Shown: positions 29,539 through 40,159 of the stretch, in pieces
Layout of the letters: the number at the start of each line of letters is the position of its first letter
Position numbering within the stretch: position 1 is the stretch's first letter
DNA from: Candidatus Hydrogenedentota bacterium
Lineage (GTDB): Bacteria; Hydrogenedentota; Hydrogenedentia; Hydrogenedentales; JAEUWI01
Length of the DNA stretch: 64,000 nt
Assembly (NCBI GenBank): GCA_034669905.1
Contig: JAXMOL010000013.1
Location: forward strand, 64,001 to 128,000
Reading direction: 5' to 3'
The notes under the pieces: generated by a model
What the model was told of the DNA's origin: nothing
The model's input: only the letters and a program-made list of their open reading frames with translations
The model's database searches: none
Program-made: the position numbers and the translations under genes

Positions 29539-31056
29539 TTATTTCAACTTGAGGGGCACAAAGCGGGAGAACTCGCCTTCGCTTACCAGGAGGAGGACCG
29601 ATTTGTCGTCCTTGATTTCCTCCAGGGCGGCATTGAAGTCTTCCGTGTTGGTGATGACCGTACGGTTTACTTCTTCAATGACCATGCCGGAGCGGAGCCC
29701 TGCGCGGGCGGCCGGGGAATTCTGGGTGACGTTGGTAATCACGACGCCCGAATCACCGCTGTACCCGATGCGCTCGGCAATTTCATCGGTAATGTCCTGC
29801 ACCGAGATGCCGATTTCCGTGCTTCGGGTGATGGGGTCACGGCCCGGTCCACGGCTGCCCAGGTCACTGGGACGTTCGCCGATGACGACTTCCTTGGTGA
29901 TCCGTTCGCCACTACGGACGATGACGAGGGTTGCTTTATCGCCCGGGGCAATGATGGAGACGCGGCTCTTGAAGGTGCCGGCGCTCTTGGTGGGTTTGCC
30001 ATTCAGCTCGACGATGACGTCGCCCCGTTCCAGACCTGCTTCCGCCGCCGGGGTTCCTTCGATGACCTGGGCCACCAAGACGCCCTGATCGACGTTTTCA
30101 AAGGACTGGGATGAAATGGCGTCAAGGTCTTGTATGTTGATGCCCAGGAAGCCACGGACCACTTCGCCATTTTCCATCAATTGGTCGGTGATGTATTTCA
30201 CCATGTTAATGGGGATGGCAAAGCCAATACCCATGTAGCCACCGCTCCGGCTCAGGATGGCCGTGTTCAGACCGACCACTTGACCGTCCAGATTGAGGAG
30301 GGGCCCTCCGGAATTACCGGGGTTGATGGCCGCGTCGGTCTGAATGAAATCCGCAAAAAACTCATTGTTGCCGAGGCCCACATCGCTGCGGCCACGGGCA
30401 CTCACAATACCGGCGGTAACACTGTGGCTGAGGCCGAAGGGGTTACCAATGGCCAGGACCCATTCACCCACACGGACCGTATCGGAGTCGCCGATGGTCA
30501 GGGTGGGGAGGCCTTCTGCCTCAATCTTGATGACCGCCACTTCGGTGTCTTCGTCGCTGCCAACGACTTCGGCATCAAACTCGCGGCCATCATCCAACTG
30601 GACGACGATATTGTCGGCGCTGTCTACCACGTGGTGATTGGTGATGATATAGCCGTCCGGACTGACAATAAAGCCGCTGCCCTGGCCGACGGGTACGGGT
30701 ACGTCATTTTCCGGCGCGGGTGTGGGGGCTTCTCTCCCGGGCAGGTTCTGTTGGGGGGGGATCCCGAAGAAGCGTTCGAAGAGGTCATCGGGAATGTTGC
30801 CGCCCCGTCCCCGCAGCCCCATGCCACGATTGCCCATCTTCTTTTCGATGCGGATGAACACCACCGCCGGGGAGGTGGACTCGGTAATATTGGCGAAGGC
30901 GTTGCCCAGGTGTTTCAGGGTGCCGATAGCTTCGGATTCGGTTTCGGCCTGGGCCCAGGCACCTGGCATGGAACCGGCCATCAAGCCCGCGCACAAAAGG
31001 GCGCTGGCACCGATGCGGCGAAGCTGCGTTAACGATTTCGGTGTGATCATGGACAT
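29539..31056 (-). CDS. Do/DegP/DegQ-family HtrA serine protease with two PDZ domains
   Basis: GSGFIV, ITNHHV, IGNPFGL, IQTDAAINPGNSGGPL, RGFLGI; AAAGGAG RBS before ATG 31056. Confidence 0.95.
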   Translation of the reverse strand: MSMITPKSLTQLRRIGASALLCAGLMAGSMPGAWAQAETESEAIGTLKHLGNAFANITESTSPAVVFIRIEKKMGNRGMGLRGRGGNIPDDLFERFFGIPPQQNLPGREAPTPAPENDVPVPVGQGSGFIVSPDGYIITNHHVVDSADNIVVQLDDGREFDAEVVGSDEDTEVAVIKIEAEGLPTLTIGDSDTVRVGEWVLAIGNPFGLSHSVTAGIVSARGRSDVGLGNNEFFADFIQTDAAINPGNSGGPLLNLDGQVVGLNTAILSRSGGYMGIGFAIPINMVKYITDQLMENGEVVRGFLGINIQDLDAISSQSFENVDQGVLVAQVIEGTPAAEAGLERGDVIVELNGKPTKSAGTFKSRVSIIAPGDKATLVIVRSGERITKEVVIGERPSDLGSRGPGRDPITRSTEIGISVQDITDEIAERIGYSGDSGVVITNVTQNSPAARAGLRSGMVIEEVNRTVITNTEDFNAALEEIKDDKSVLLLVSEGEFSRFVPLKLK

Positions 31057-31220
31057 AAACATCTCCTTTGATGATAAGCGCAACCCGGCGGTCCTACAAG
31101 AACCGCCCCTCCCTTATACCACACGGCACGGGGCCCATGATATTTCCGATCGGAAGGGTACTGGATACTACGGCGTGCCGCTGGTCTGAATACAGACACA
31201 GCGCGTCACTACCTAATGGA

Positions 31221-31237
31221 AGCATGGACTGTGCCAA
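31221..31237 (-). promoter_or_regulatory. Sigma54 (-24/-12) promoter candidate for htrA
   Basis: Minus strand TTGGCACAGTCCATGCT: TGGCAC plus GG-N10-GC spacing. Confidence 0.45.
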
Positions 31238-31394
31238 TCCTGCGCCTCCAGGTTAAGTGATTGGCTCTATTGGGGTTGTGCGTGAGGGTGGGGTGGAAGC
31301 GTGGCGCCGCTGCGTTTCCGTATGACCCATATCAGGTTCGCGCGGTTCATCTCGCTTAGAATGCGGTATGGAGCGACAGCCGCGACGACTTCGA

Positions 31395-32621
31395 TCAGCT
31401 CCCGGGCACCGCGGGGTGCTTCCGCACGTGAATGAGATAGTACTGAAGCACGAGGCCTGCTGCTACGGCGGCGGGGATGTAGAGGAAGGGCGTCGAAACC
31501 CCCTGACGTTCTGCCAGGAAGCCCACCGCGATGGGGCCGACAAAATTGCCTGCTCCCACGGCCACTTCATTGATGGCCGAGCGCTGACGGCGGCGGGCGT
31601 AGTTGCCCATGCTGTAGTAGGAGCCGGAAAAGAAGGCGGCACCGGAGAGGCCACCAATGACCATAAAGGCACCGGCCATTACCGCGAGGCTCGCCGTTTG
31701 GCCGAGTACCCAAAAGGCGATGGCCGCGGCAATCTGGAGCCCGGCAATGAAGCGAAAGCGATGGTGCCAACGGTGGGTGCGCCCCATAACGCCAAAGATA
31801 ACGCCCCCCATGGCGGCCAAGAGGAAGGCAATGACCGAGTAAATGCTGGCGGCGTTCTCCGTCAGATAGGTCGGGGCCTCCGCTTCCCAGAAGAGGCGAA
31901 GCGCTCCGTCATTCACCAGGTTGTCTACCCGCTTCGTAAAGACCAACCGCGTGACGCCCACCAGGGCCCAGGCAACGCCGTTGGCAATCCAGGAAGCCAG
32001 CAGAAAACGTTCACTCAGCCGGGCGTGCTCATCCCAGGCCGGTACTTTTTCTTCGGCGATTGCCGGGTAGTAGTCTTCTTCCTGGGGCAGGTTCCACAAG
32101 AGGGCGAAACAGGCGATACCCATGAGGAAGGCGGCCACGAAAGGTGCCAGGGGTGCCGCATCATAGAGAAATCCCCCAATCAGGGGTCCGATAGCCAGTC
32201 CGGCACTCCACGATACGTTGAAGCGGCTCATGGCCCGGGCACGGCGGTGGGGATCGGGATCCGCACCAAGCCACCCATGAAGACTGGGCCAGACAATGGA
32301 CATGCCCATGATGGCAAGGGTACAGAAAAGGGCGAATCCCCAAATGGTGGGAAAAAGCACGGCCGCCGCAGAGGCGGCACAAAAGTAGAAGGCGCCTGAG
32401 GCGGCCCACTTCAGGCTGTGGGCGCTCCGGTGCATCCATTGGCTCACCGCGAAACATACCACAGCATAGAGAAGTGATTGGGCCGCACCAATATTGGCCG
32501 GCACGGCCACCGACCCGTCGAAATGGGTGTACACGTAAAAGGGCATGGCCGTCAAGATGACGAGAAAGGCGGCGTCGAGCAGAAAGGCGGCCAGACAGAT
32601 TCGGAAATGGGCGTTGTCCAT
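31395..32621 (-). CDS. MFS transporter
   Basis: About 12 hydrophobic segments; RARAMSRFNVSWSAGLAIGPLIGG and GNFVGPIAVGFLAE motifs. Confidence 0.85.
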   Translation of the reverse strand: MDNAHFRICLAAFLLDAAFLVILTAMPFYVYTHFDGSVAVPANIGAAQSLLYAVVCFAVSQWMHRSAHSLKWAASGAFYFCAASAAAVLFPTIWGFALFCTLAIMGMSIVWPSLHGWLGADPDPHRRARAMSRFNVSWSAGLAIGPLIGGFLYDAAPLAPFVAAFLMGIACFALLWNLPQEEDYYPAIAEEKVPAWDEHARLSERFLLASWIANGVAWALVGVTRLVFTKRVDNLVNDGALRLFWEAEAPTYLTENAASIYSVIAFLLAAMGGVIFGVMGRTHRWHHRFRFIAGLQIAAAIAFWVLGQTASLAVMAGAFMVIGGLSGAAFFSGSYYSMGNYARRRQRSAINEVAVGAGNFVGPIAVGFLAERQGVSTPFLYIPAAVAAGLVLQYYLIHVRKHPAVPGS

Positions 32622-32893
32622 GGGAATACTCAGCTAGAAGGGAGGGTAAACGGGGGAGGCGGAAGTATAGCCCAGATTCCGGTGACGATGATAGCTGGTC
32701 GCCTGCCAACGGAGTCGCAAGGGACGTTCTGCCGCAGGGGCCCGAAAGGTATAGGACATTCCCCTTCTGCCGTTCCATGGGACCCCACATTGCAGGGCAC
32801 ACGGTATCGCGGCAGCATGTCCCGGTGGAAGATGGGAATGGGTCGTCGTCTCTCTATCAGATTCGCCTCTGCGTCGCCATTGCCCTCGGCTGC

Positions 32894-33787
32894 TCAGGTG
32901 CCGGCGGCGCGGTCTGTGGCGTATTCGCGGATCCGGACGACGACGACGGAGCAGAAAAGCAATACGGCGGTGATCCCCAGCAGGGTGATGGCTGCCTTGC
33001 CGGCGCCGACGAGGTACTGCTGCTTTTTGAATTCCAGAATTTCCTCGCGGACCACCTGGTTTGCCGATTCCAAGGCCACCGGGAGGAGTTCGTTGGTGTA
33101 TTTCATGATGGTGAGAAAATCCACCACACCGGGCACGAAGGTCGCCAGCCGTTGCCAGCCGTAAAGAAAAATGAGGCCGATGATGATGGGCCGTTTGGTT
33201 ACGGCTCCCAGAAAGAGGGCCAGCGCGCCATTGGCCATGAGCGCCAGCAACATGGCCAATTCATAGGTGAAGAGTTTTTCGAGGCCATCGCGGTCGAAAG
33301 CGAGCTCGGAAAGGGCCGTGCTGGCACCAAAGGTCAGGAGCATGGAGGTGCCCAGGATGGCCGTGGACACCATGAGATAGGCGCCGAAGCGCCCGAATAC
33401 CCACGCGGAGCGGGGCATGGGACGGGTGAGCATGAGCGGGATGGTCCGGCTCTCCACATCCTCACCGATGATCATGGTGGCGAAAAAGAGGGCGAGCAAC
33501 GGGGCGAGGGTGTTGATATGGGCCTCGCCCGCCATCTTGCTGAATACGTCCACGCCGGAACGGGCGAACTGGGAATCAGAGAGAAAGGCAATGGCCAGCG
33601 GAATCACCACGGGCAAAAAGGTGATGACCGCGGCGAAGATGATGCGCTGCCGTCGCAGCATGAGCGTCAGGCTGTGACCAAAGGAGGCCCGGAGACAGTG
33701 ACTATACTGGGCCAGGGGTCCCGAGGGTGCGACGGGCTTGGGTAAGATGCTGGTCTTTGTAAACGCGTGAGAAGATTGGTCCATCAT
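32894..33787 (-). CDS. ABC-2 type transporter permease
   Basis: Multiple TMs; IGEDVESRTIPLMLTRPMPR motif; coupled to the ATPase. Confidence 0.85.
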   Translation of the reverse strand: MMDQSSHAFTKTSILPKPVAPSGPLAQYSHCLRASFGHSLTLMLRRQRIIFAAVITFLPVVIPLAIAFLSDSQFARSGVDVFSKMAGEAHINTLAPLLALFFATMIIGEDVESRTIPLMLTRPMPRSAWVFGRFGAYLMVSTAILGTSMLLTFGASTALSELAFDRDGLEKLFTYELAMLLALMANGALALFLGAVTKRPIIIGLIFLYGWQRLATFVPGVVDFLTIMKYTNELLPVALESANQVVREEILEFKKQQYLVGAGKAAITLLGITAVLLFCSVVVVRIREYATDRAAGT

Positions 33788-34704
33788 TTCACCAGGTAGT
33801 CGAATACGGCTTGCAGGCTGTCATCGGCGCAATGGATACGGGTTACTTCCACATCAGGCTCCAGCGCCGCGGCATTGATACGGGCATAGCATGCGTTGGG
33901 GTCTTTGGTGCGAATGACCAGCCGGGATTCGCCCTCGAAATCCAGATGCAAGACCGACTCATCCTGCACGAAATGGGTAGCCAATATCCGGGGTGCCGAA
34001 CAGTCCACGTGGATGGTGTGGGGGTGGGCATCGATGAGGGAACGAATCTCGCGCACCTTGCCGTGGGCCATGATACTGCCCTGAAAGAGGAGGACCACAT
34101 TGTCGGTCACCCGCTCCACTTCATAAAGGATGTGACTGGAAACTACCACGGAGTAGCCGTTGTCGCCCAATTCGCGAATGAGCGAAAACATTTCTTCCCG
34201 GCCCTGGGGGTCGAGGCCCGCCATGGGCTCATCAAGAAAAAGCAGATCGGGGTCGGTGGAGAGGGCCTGGGCTATCTTGATGCGCTGGCGCATGCCCTTG
34301 CTGTATTCCTCAATGGGATCGTCCATCCGATCGGTCATGCCGACCCGTTCGCAGGCCTGTTCCGCGGCGACTTGCGCATGTTTCGCCGACATCCCCCAAT
34401 AGCGACTGAGCCAATAGACGTATTCATAGCCCGTCATGTTGTCGTAAAAGGTGTCCAGTTCAGGACAATAGCCGATGCGACGTAAGACGGCGGCGTTGTT
34501 TCGGGGGGATTCGCCGAAGACGGTGACGCTGCCGCGGGAGGGACGGTAGAGGCCGAGCGCGAGTTTGATAAAGGTGCTCTTGCCCGCGCCATTGGCGCCC
34601 AGCAGTCCGGTGACGCCCGTTTCAATCTCGACATTGAGATCGTTGAGGGCCACGACTTCGCCAAACCACTTGGATACATTTTTCGCGGAGATAATGGTAC
34701 TCAT
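33784..34704 (-). CDS. ABC transporter ATP-binding protein
   Basis: GANGAGKST, YSKGMRQR, LFLDEPMAGLD, SSH; ATGA overlap with the upstream permease. Confidence 0.93.
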   Translation of the reverse strand: MSTIISAKNVSKWFGEVVALNDLNVEIETGVTGLLGANGAGKSTFIKLALGLYRPSRGSVTVFGESPRNNAAVLRRIGYCPELDTFYDNMTGYEYVYWLSRYWGMSAKHAQVAAEQACERVGMTDRMDDPIEEYSKGMRQRIKIAQALSTDPDLLFLDEPMAGLDPQGREEMFSLIRELGDNGYSVVVSSHILYEVERVTDNVVLLFQGSIMAHGKVREIRSLIDAHPHTIHVDCSAPRILATHFVQDESVLHLDFEGESRLVIRTKDPNACYARINAAALEPDVEVTRIHCADDSLQAVFDYLVK

Positions 34705-35576
34705 GGGGCGCACTCCGCGCGCCGCACGACCCGCGTGATGATGAGGCTGCACAGGACACAGACCATCGCGACAAAGGCCATCGGCCAGCCCCAGCCCAGG
34801 TTGAAGACCGGGTTTTGTTGGTGAAAGATGGCCTGACCGATACGGTCCAGCGACATGGGGTAACTCAAGAGCAGGTAGTTTTCTTCCTGGAGGAATCCGG
34901 CGAGGAGTGCCGCGATGACGCCGTTAGCGACCAGAATCATAAAGGCCGTGATGCCCGCGTAATTCTGACTTTGCATGACCGCCGAGCACGCCAGTATGCC
35001 CAGGGCAAAGGGCAACACGATGACCAGAGAGAAGGCGGCGATTTCCACGGGCCACCAGATGGTCGTTGTGAGCGTTTCCCAGCCGGGCGCCAGCAGGTTG
35101 TGGATCACTACCAGAACAATGGCAGGGAGGGCTGTAAAGCCCAGGCCCACAAAGATGAGGGAAAGCAGTTTTCCCAGGGCGTAATCCCGCCAGGTAATCG
35201 GCTTGGAAAAATAGACTTCCATGAGATTGTTGCGCACGTCATTGCAGATCATGCCCGAACCCGCCAGCAGGCAGATCAAAAAGACCATGGGGGCCTGGAT
35301 GCGAAGGAAGTCGAAAAAGGCCGTTTCGTTGACGGTGAGAAACTTCGCCTGCTGCAGCATGGCGGCCATGGGGTGGTTGGGGTCTTGCATGATGACGTCA
35401 TAGGCCACCACCTGAAACAAGCGGAGGAGCCAGTGCAAAAAGGCACCCAGACAAAGAAACTGAAAAATCTTGCCCTTGACGAGGATGCGTAATTCCTGCT
35501 CGACAATGAGCATCCAGCGGGCGTGGCGGCGAAAGGTGCCTTCGTAATTGCGGTAGGACCGGGTATAGACAGGCAT
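34701..35576 (-). CDS. ABC-2 type transporter permease
   Basis: About 6 TMs; ICNDVRNNLMEVYFSKPITWRDYALGK motif. Confidence 0.85.
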   Translation of the reverse strand: MPVYTRSYRNYEGTFRRHARWMLIVEQELRILVKGKIFQFLCLGAFLHWLLRLFQVVAYDVIMQDPNHPMAAMLQQAKFLTVNETAFFDFLRIQAPMVFLICLLAGSGMICNDVRNNLMEVYFSKPITWRDYALGKLLSLIFVGLGFTALPAIVLVVIHNLLAPGWETLTTTIWWPVEIAAFSLVIVLPFALGILACSAVMQSQNYAGITAFMILVANGVIAALLAGFLQEENYLLLSYPMSLDRIGQAIFHQQNPVFNLGWGWPMAFVAMVCVLCSLIITRVVRRAECAP

Positions 35577-36517
35577 CAGGCGGCATCCTCGTCGGATGGG
35601 GCCGCGGGTGCCTTCATGGCTTCCATAAAGACTTCGGCCAGGCTGCTCTTGGCGGGTTCAAGATGCCGGATCTGGGTCTGGGCTTCCCGGGCCGCGCGAA
35701 AGAGGAGCTCCCCGGTGCTTCCTTCCGGAACCTGGAGCAAGAGAAGTTCGTTGCGTCGTTGCACGCACGTACCCCCGAGTTGTTCCAGGGCGTGGAGGAA
35801 GGCCTCCTGTGCGCCATGGACCTGAACCTCATACTGACCATCTCGCGGTGCGGTGAGTGCTTCGATGGAATCGTCTTCCACGACACGGCCATGTTGGACC
35901 ATGATGACCCGCTTGCATACGTGCTGCACATCGGGCAGCAGGTGAGAAGAGAGGACCACCGTTACGCCACGGCGCTGTCCGATATCGGCAATGAGCTCCA
36001 ACATTTCCAGGCGCCCCTCGGGGTCCAGCCCATTGGTCGGCTCGTCGAGGAGGAGCAATCTGGGATCGTGGATGAGCGCCTGCGCGAGTTTGACCCGTTG
36101 CAACATACCCGTGGAGTAGGTTTCCATCTTGCGATAGCGGGCCTCTCCCAATCCCACGTAATTGAGCACTTCGTGGGTGCGCTCCATGGCGTCCACCCGA
36201 ATCATCCCGAAGAGCTGACCGACATAGGTGAGGAAGGAAACGGCGCTGACCTTGGGGCTCACGACTTCCCGCTCGGGCATGTAGCCCAGTTCCTGACGCA
36301 CCTGGAGGGCCCCTTGGGGCATTTCGTGGCCCAGGAGCCGTACCGTACCGACACTGGCGCGGTTAAAGCCCAGCAGGGTTTTCATCAGCGTGCTCTTGCC
36401 GGCACCATTCGGGCCGAGCAGGCCCACAGAACCCCCGTCGATCTGGCAGCTAATCCCATCGAGTGCCTTGAAGTCACCGTAGTGGACCTCGACCCGTTCC
36501 AATTCTATGAGTGCCAT
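35576..36517 (-). CDS. ABC transporter ATP-binding protein
   Basis: GPNGAGKST, YSTGMLQR, LLLDEPTNGLD, SSH. Confidence 0.93.
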   Translation of the reverse strand: MALIELERVEVHYGDFKALDGISCQIDGGSVGLLGPNGAGKSTLMKTLLGFNRASVGTVRLLGHEMPQGALQVRQELGYMPEREVVSPKVSAVSFLTYVGQLFGMIRVDAMERTHEVLNYVGLGEARYRKMETYSTGMLQRVKLAQALIHDPRLLLLDEPTNGLDPEGRLEMLELIADIGQRRGVTVVLSSHLLPDVQHVCKRVIMVQHGRVVEDDSIEALTAPRDGQYEVQVHGAQEAFLHALEQLGGTCVQRRNELLLLQVPEGSTGELLFRAAREAQTQIRHLEPAKSSLAEVFMEAMKAPAAPSDEDAA

Positions 36518-36633
36518 GCTGTTCCTTGTGGTTGGGAGAAGGGCTCCGCACGATACGCCGTCTCCATCGAGACGGATTCTAGAGTATTCAATGGCGTACA
36601 GTCGAACTTTCGATCACGGGCAGGGGAGCTTTC

Positions 36634-39588
36634 TTATTGGGCGACGACGGTGATGGCCAGCACGGGCTCTTCGCCGGTGACATTGACCAACTCCGTGCCG
36701 ACCCAGCTCAAGGTGGTGTTGGTGAGTCCCGCGGCGGCATAGAGATCGAGCTGCCACTCGCCGAAGGGGATTTCCTCAAATCGAATGACGTCCCCATAGA
36801 CATAGCTGCGATATCCCGAAAGCTGGGTCAACTCCACGTCCCCCTGGTGGACCGGTGCGCCCGGCGGATTCAGGGTGGCCGCCAGGAAGCCCCGCCGGCC
36901 TATGACGGTCACTTCAATGCTGATGCCATTGGTATCGCCGAAGTTCTGGCGGGTGGTCAGGCCATCTTCAATGATGACGGGGTAGCCCTGTCCGCCCACC
37001 GAATCGCCGATAATGGCCGTGCCGACTTCGCCGGAGAAGACTTCGTACTCGCCGGAGGGGATATTACGAATCTCGTAGTAGCCCCGCTCATCGGAGGTGC
37101 CGGTGTAGGGCACGCCCCCGGCGACGAGGGTGACGACCGTGCCGGAACGGGGACTGCCGTTGTTGTAGACGAAGCCTTCCAGCGTGCCACCGGGGCCGAG
37201 CCGTACTTCTATGCCACCCACCGATTCTTCCGCCTGGAGGGGTACGGATTCACTCATGGCCTGGGGATAAGCGGGATGGCGGGCAATGACGTTATAGGTG
37301 CCTTCAGACAATTGGTCAAAGCGGAACTGGCCATCCTCGTCCACATACATGGCGGGCAATTCCCCGTTTTCTCCCGCCGCCAGGCTACTCAGGGCTTCCG
37401 AGGCCGAGCTTGCTTCGATGAGGGATACCTGGGTGCCCTGGGGACTGCGCCCGTCGGCCACGGTGACCCGACCCGAAATGACACCTCCGTCTTCGGAAAG
37501 GAGGAGGTCGATGTTTTCGAGGACCTGACCGGGTTCCAGCGTAATCTGCTGGCGGGCGGGGGTCAGCCCTTGCGCACGACCTTCAAGTCGCCAGGTACCT
37601 GCCGCAAGACTGATTTCGTAATTGCCCTGGGGATCCTGGAAATAATGGGAGGTCTCACCCGATGTCGCCGACTCCATGATAGCCATGATGCCGCCGCCCT
37701 CGCTCTCGTCATCGGTGCTTTCCAGCAGCGCCGTACGGACTGTATAACCAGTCTCCGGGGCCTGGCGGGAATTCTTCACGAGCACCCGTCCACGGACGGT
37801 CGCCGCCGCGCGCATGACAATGGTGTTGGGTTCATCCAGCAGCACCCGTCCGAGGGTCTTGGGGCTATAGCCTTCATACTCGGCGCGGAGCATGTAGGTG
37901 CCGATCTCGACACCTTCAAAGAGGAACTCGCCACTGCCGTTGGTCGTCTCTTCCCGACCGACGCCCTGGAGGTTTTCCGTGCCGAGGCCACTGAGGTAGA
38001 CCTTGGCGCCCGAGAGATTGGAACCGGTGGAATCTTTGACCGTACCAAAGACCGCGTAGCGGCCCGAGCCTGCTTCTTCCAGGACTACGCGGAAGTTCTT
38101 AATCTCGTGATAACCATCGGAGCGCAGGGGTTCGCCGCGGAGGGCGAATTTATAGCCTTCCTTCTGGGCCATGACCTGGTAATTGCCAGCGGGCAGTTCC
38201 TTGACCTCGAAGTAGCCTTCCTCGTCACTCCGTGTTTCCCGCACGGCCTGGGGGCTGTCGAGGGGGGTGAGCAGTTGGGCGAACCCGGGAATGCACAGTA
38301 TTTGTGCTTCGGGCACGCCTGCTCCGTCGCCATCCACGACCTGTCCGTAGACGTTGGTGCCGGTAAACATGAAAATGTCGACCCGGGCCTCCTTCTGACG
38401 GTCCGTGAGAAGAAACGGATCGGCCAGTTGAGGGGCACTGTCATCGGCCGTGGCGTAGAGGCGCCAGGGTTCATTCAGCGGCACGCCCACCAGCTCGTAA
38501 TAGCCATCGTCTTTTTTCGAATTGGTGTTCAGCGGTGGGGCCTGGCGTACCATGGCGGAGAGGGCCTGGGTGAGCACACTTTCCGAGGTACACAGGACCA
38601 CGTCGGCGGCGATAGGTTTGTTGTCGGGCGTGGTGATATAGCCCCAGACGACGCCGCCCTTGTCCAGTTTAAAGTCGACATTCTTGATGGCCTGTTCGGG
38701 AGCGGAGATGGTGGCCCGCTTGAACGGGAGCTCCTTGGTAACCCGATAGGCCGTCCGCTCAATGTCGGCGATGATGCTATAGGTGCCGGGGCGAAGGCCA
38801 CCGATTTTGTAATGGCCGTCGGCATCCGTCACGGCCTGCTGGTACTGGTACTCCTCTTCCAACGTAGCGTTAACCGTCAGGCCTTCGATGCCCTGGTTAT
38901 CGAAGCTGTCCACAATACGACCGGCCACCGTGGCGCCCACCCGCAATTCGATGTGTACCTTCCATTCGGGGGCTCCTTCTCCGACGAAGTGCTGTTCGAC
39001 AACCTCTTGCAGGTGGGTGGAGGTGCGCACCGTGATTTGATAGTCGCCCGCTTCCGTAATCGGGAGATGAAAAGCCCCCTGGTCGTTGCTGCGCCCACCG
39101 GCGTCGGCCCAGAGCCGTTGTTTTTCTTCTATCAGCGCCGTCAGCGCGTCCCCGTCTTTTTCTGCGATGACCGCGGCATCACGTTCTTCGTAGGACGCCA
39201 CCTCCGATTCTGTAGGGATGCGGCTGGCCACCAGGTACGCGTCGTTGATGGGCGCGCCCGTTGCCGCGTCCACCACCGTGCCTTGGATCAGGTAGTTTCC
39301 TGTCGCTTCTTCGGCCGCAACGGGCGTAACCTCGGCCGGATTGCCTGTGGTGGGCGCGGGGGCTTCCCCCGCACCACCCCTTCGGTCACTCCGATAGGGC
39401 ATGAGGGGGAGCGCATCGGAGGGCTCCGCCGCAGGACGATTCTGATAGGTCATGGAGGAAACGGGGGGCGCAGGATCTTTTTCGGGGGCGAGCAGTATGG
39501 CGAGTCCGATGGCCACCACGATAAGAAACGCGATCATGAAGATGATGGGAAGTGTGGACTGGGTGCCTTTGCCCCGACGACGGCTCAT
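36634..39588 (-). CDS. Membrane-anchored protein with tandem carboxypeptidase-regulatory-like (CnaB-type) beta-sandwich repeats
   Basis: N-terminal TM; about 7-8 repeats of GxVxD...TDxxGxY/F...LxxGxY; start reassigned to MSRRRGK. Confidence 0.8.
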   Translation of the reverse strand: MSRRRGKGTQSTLPIIFMIAFLIVVAIGLAILLAPEKDPAPPVSSMTYQNRPAAEPSDALPLMPYRSDRRGGAGEAPAPTTGNPAEVTPVAAEEATGNYLIQGTVVDAATGAPINDAYLVASRIPTESEVASYEERDAAVIAEKDGDALTALIEEKQRLWADAGGRSNDQGAFHLPITEAGDYQITVRTSTHLQEVVEQHFVGEGAPEWKVHIELRVGATVAGRIVDSFDNQGIEGLTVNATLEEEYQYQQAVTDADGHYKIGGLRPGTYSIIADIERTAYRVTKELPFKRATISAPEQAIKNVDFKLDKGGVVWGYITTPDNKPIAADVVLCTSESVLTQALSAMVRQAPPLNTNSKKDDGYYELVGVPLNEPWRLYATADDSAPQLADPFLLTDRQKEARVDIFMFTGTNVYGQVVDGDGAGVPEAQILCIPGFAQLLTPLDSPQAVRETRSDEEGYFEVKELPAGNYQVMAQKEGYKFALRGEPLRSDGYHEIKNFRVVLEEAGSGRYAVFGTVKDSTGSNLSGAKVYLSGLGTENLQGVGREETTNGSGEFLFEGVEIGTYMLRAEYEGYSPKTLGRVLLDEPNTIVMRAAATVRGRVLVKNSRQAPETGYTVRTALLESTDDESEGGGIMAIMESATSGETSHYFQDPQGNYEISLAAGTWRLEGRAQGLTPARQQITLEPGQVLENIDLLLSEDGGVISGRVTVADGRSPQGTQVSLIEASSASEALSSLAAGENGELPAMYVDEDGQFRFDQLSEGTYNVIARHPAYPQAMSESVPLQAEESVGGIEVRLGPGGTLEGFVYNNGSPRSGTVVTLVAGGVPYTGTSDERGYYEIRNIPSGEYEVFSGEVGTAIIGDSVGGQGYPVIIEDGLTTRQNFGDTNGISIEVTVIGRRGFLAATLNPPGAPVHQGDVELTQLSGYRSYVYGDVIRFEEIPFGEWQLDLYAAAGLTNTTLSWVGTELVNVTGEEPVLAITVVAQ

Positions 39589-39685
39589 GGGAATACAACT
39601 GCCTTTCTGGATTGACGGGTCGTCCACCCGGACAACCTTGCCCCTCAATCATACCCCGAATGCGCCGGTCCCGGGCAAACCGTCC

Positions 39686-40159
39686 CTAATGGGCCTCGCG
39701 AAGTGTCGTCTCGGTTTGCCCGCCATGGCGAGATCGCTGGGGGAGGAGTTGGCTTTCGTAGCGAAATAGCACCAGACCTGCCCAAAGGGCAACCATGCTG
39801 AGCGTCAGCGTTCCGGCAAGTGCCAATACGCCAACCTGGCCGGACCAGGAAAGGTCCAGCAGGGTGAGGTAGTAATCGACGAATCCCCGGCCACCGGAAA
39901 CGCCATGGCGATAGAGAATGCTGAAATGGCTGAGGCTGACTACGGCGACGGTACCAAAAAGAATGACCATCACGGCCCCTACGGCTCCCAGGAGGGAACG
40001 GCGGAAGCGGGCGCGCTCCTGCTCTTTCAGGGCGGCATAGAGCACCCGTTCCTGAATTTTGCGCTGCAGGCCGGGCGGGGCAGGCAATAGCGGCTCGTCT
40101 CGGAGGGCCGCTTCGATCAGGGCATCAAGCTCTTCGTCTGTGGGAAGGCTATTGGCCAT
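39686..40159 (-). CDS. Putative membrane anti-sigma factor
   Basis: Overlaps the sigma stop codon; short N-terminal domain (PAPPGL) followed by 2 TMs. Confidence 0.65.
   Translation of the reverse strand: MANSLPTDEELDALIEAALRDEPLLPAPPGLQRKIQERVLYAALKEQERARFRRSLLGAVGAVMVILFGTVAVVSLSHFSILYRHGVSGGRGFVDYYLTLLDLSWSGQVGVLALAGTLTLSMVALWAGLVLFRYESQLLPQRSRHGGQTETTLREAH

Noticed and set aside
32622..32893. Riboswitch upstream of the MFS gene
   Set aside because: No aptamer consensus or terminator that I could recognise by eye; an Rfam scan would be needed.
36637..39615. 992-aa plus-strand ORF
   Set aside because: Exact antisense shadow of the repeat protein, with no motifs; expected from GC-rich codon bias.
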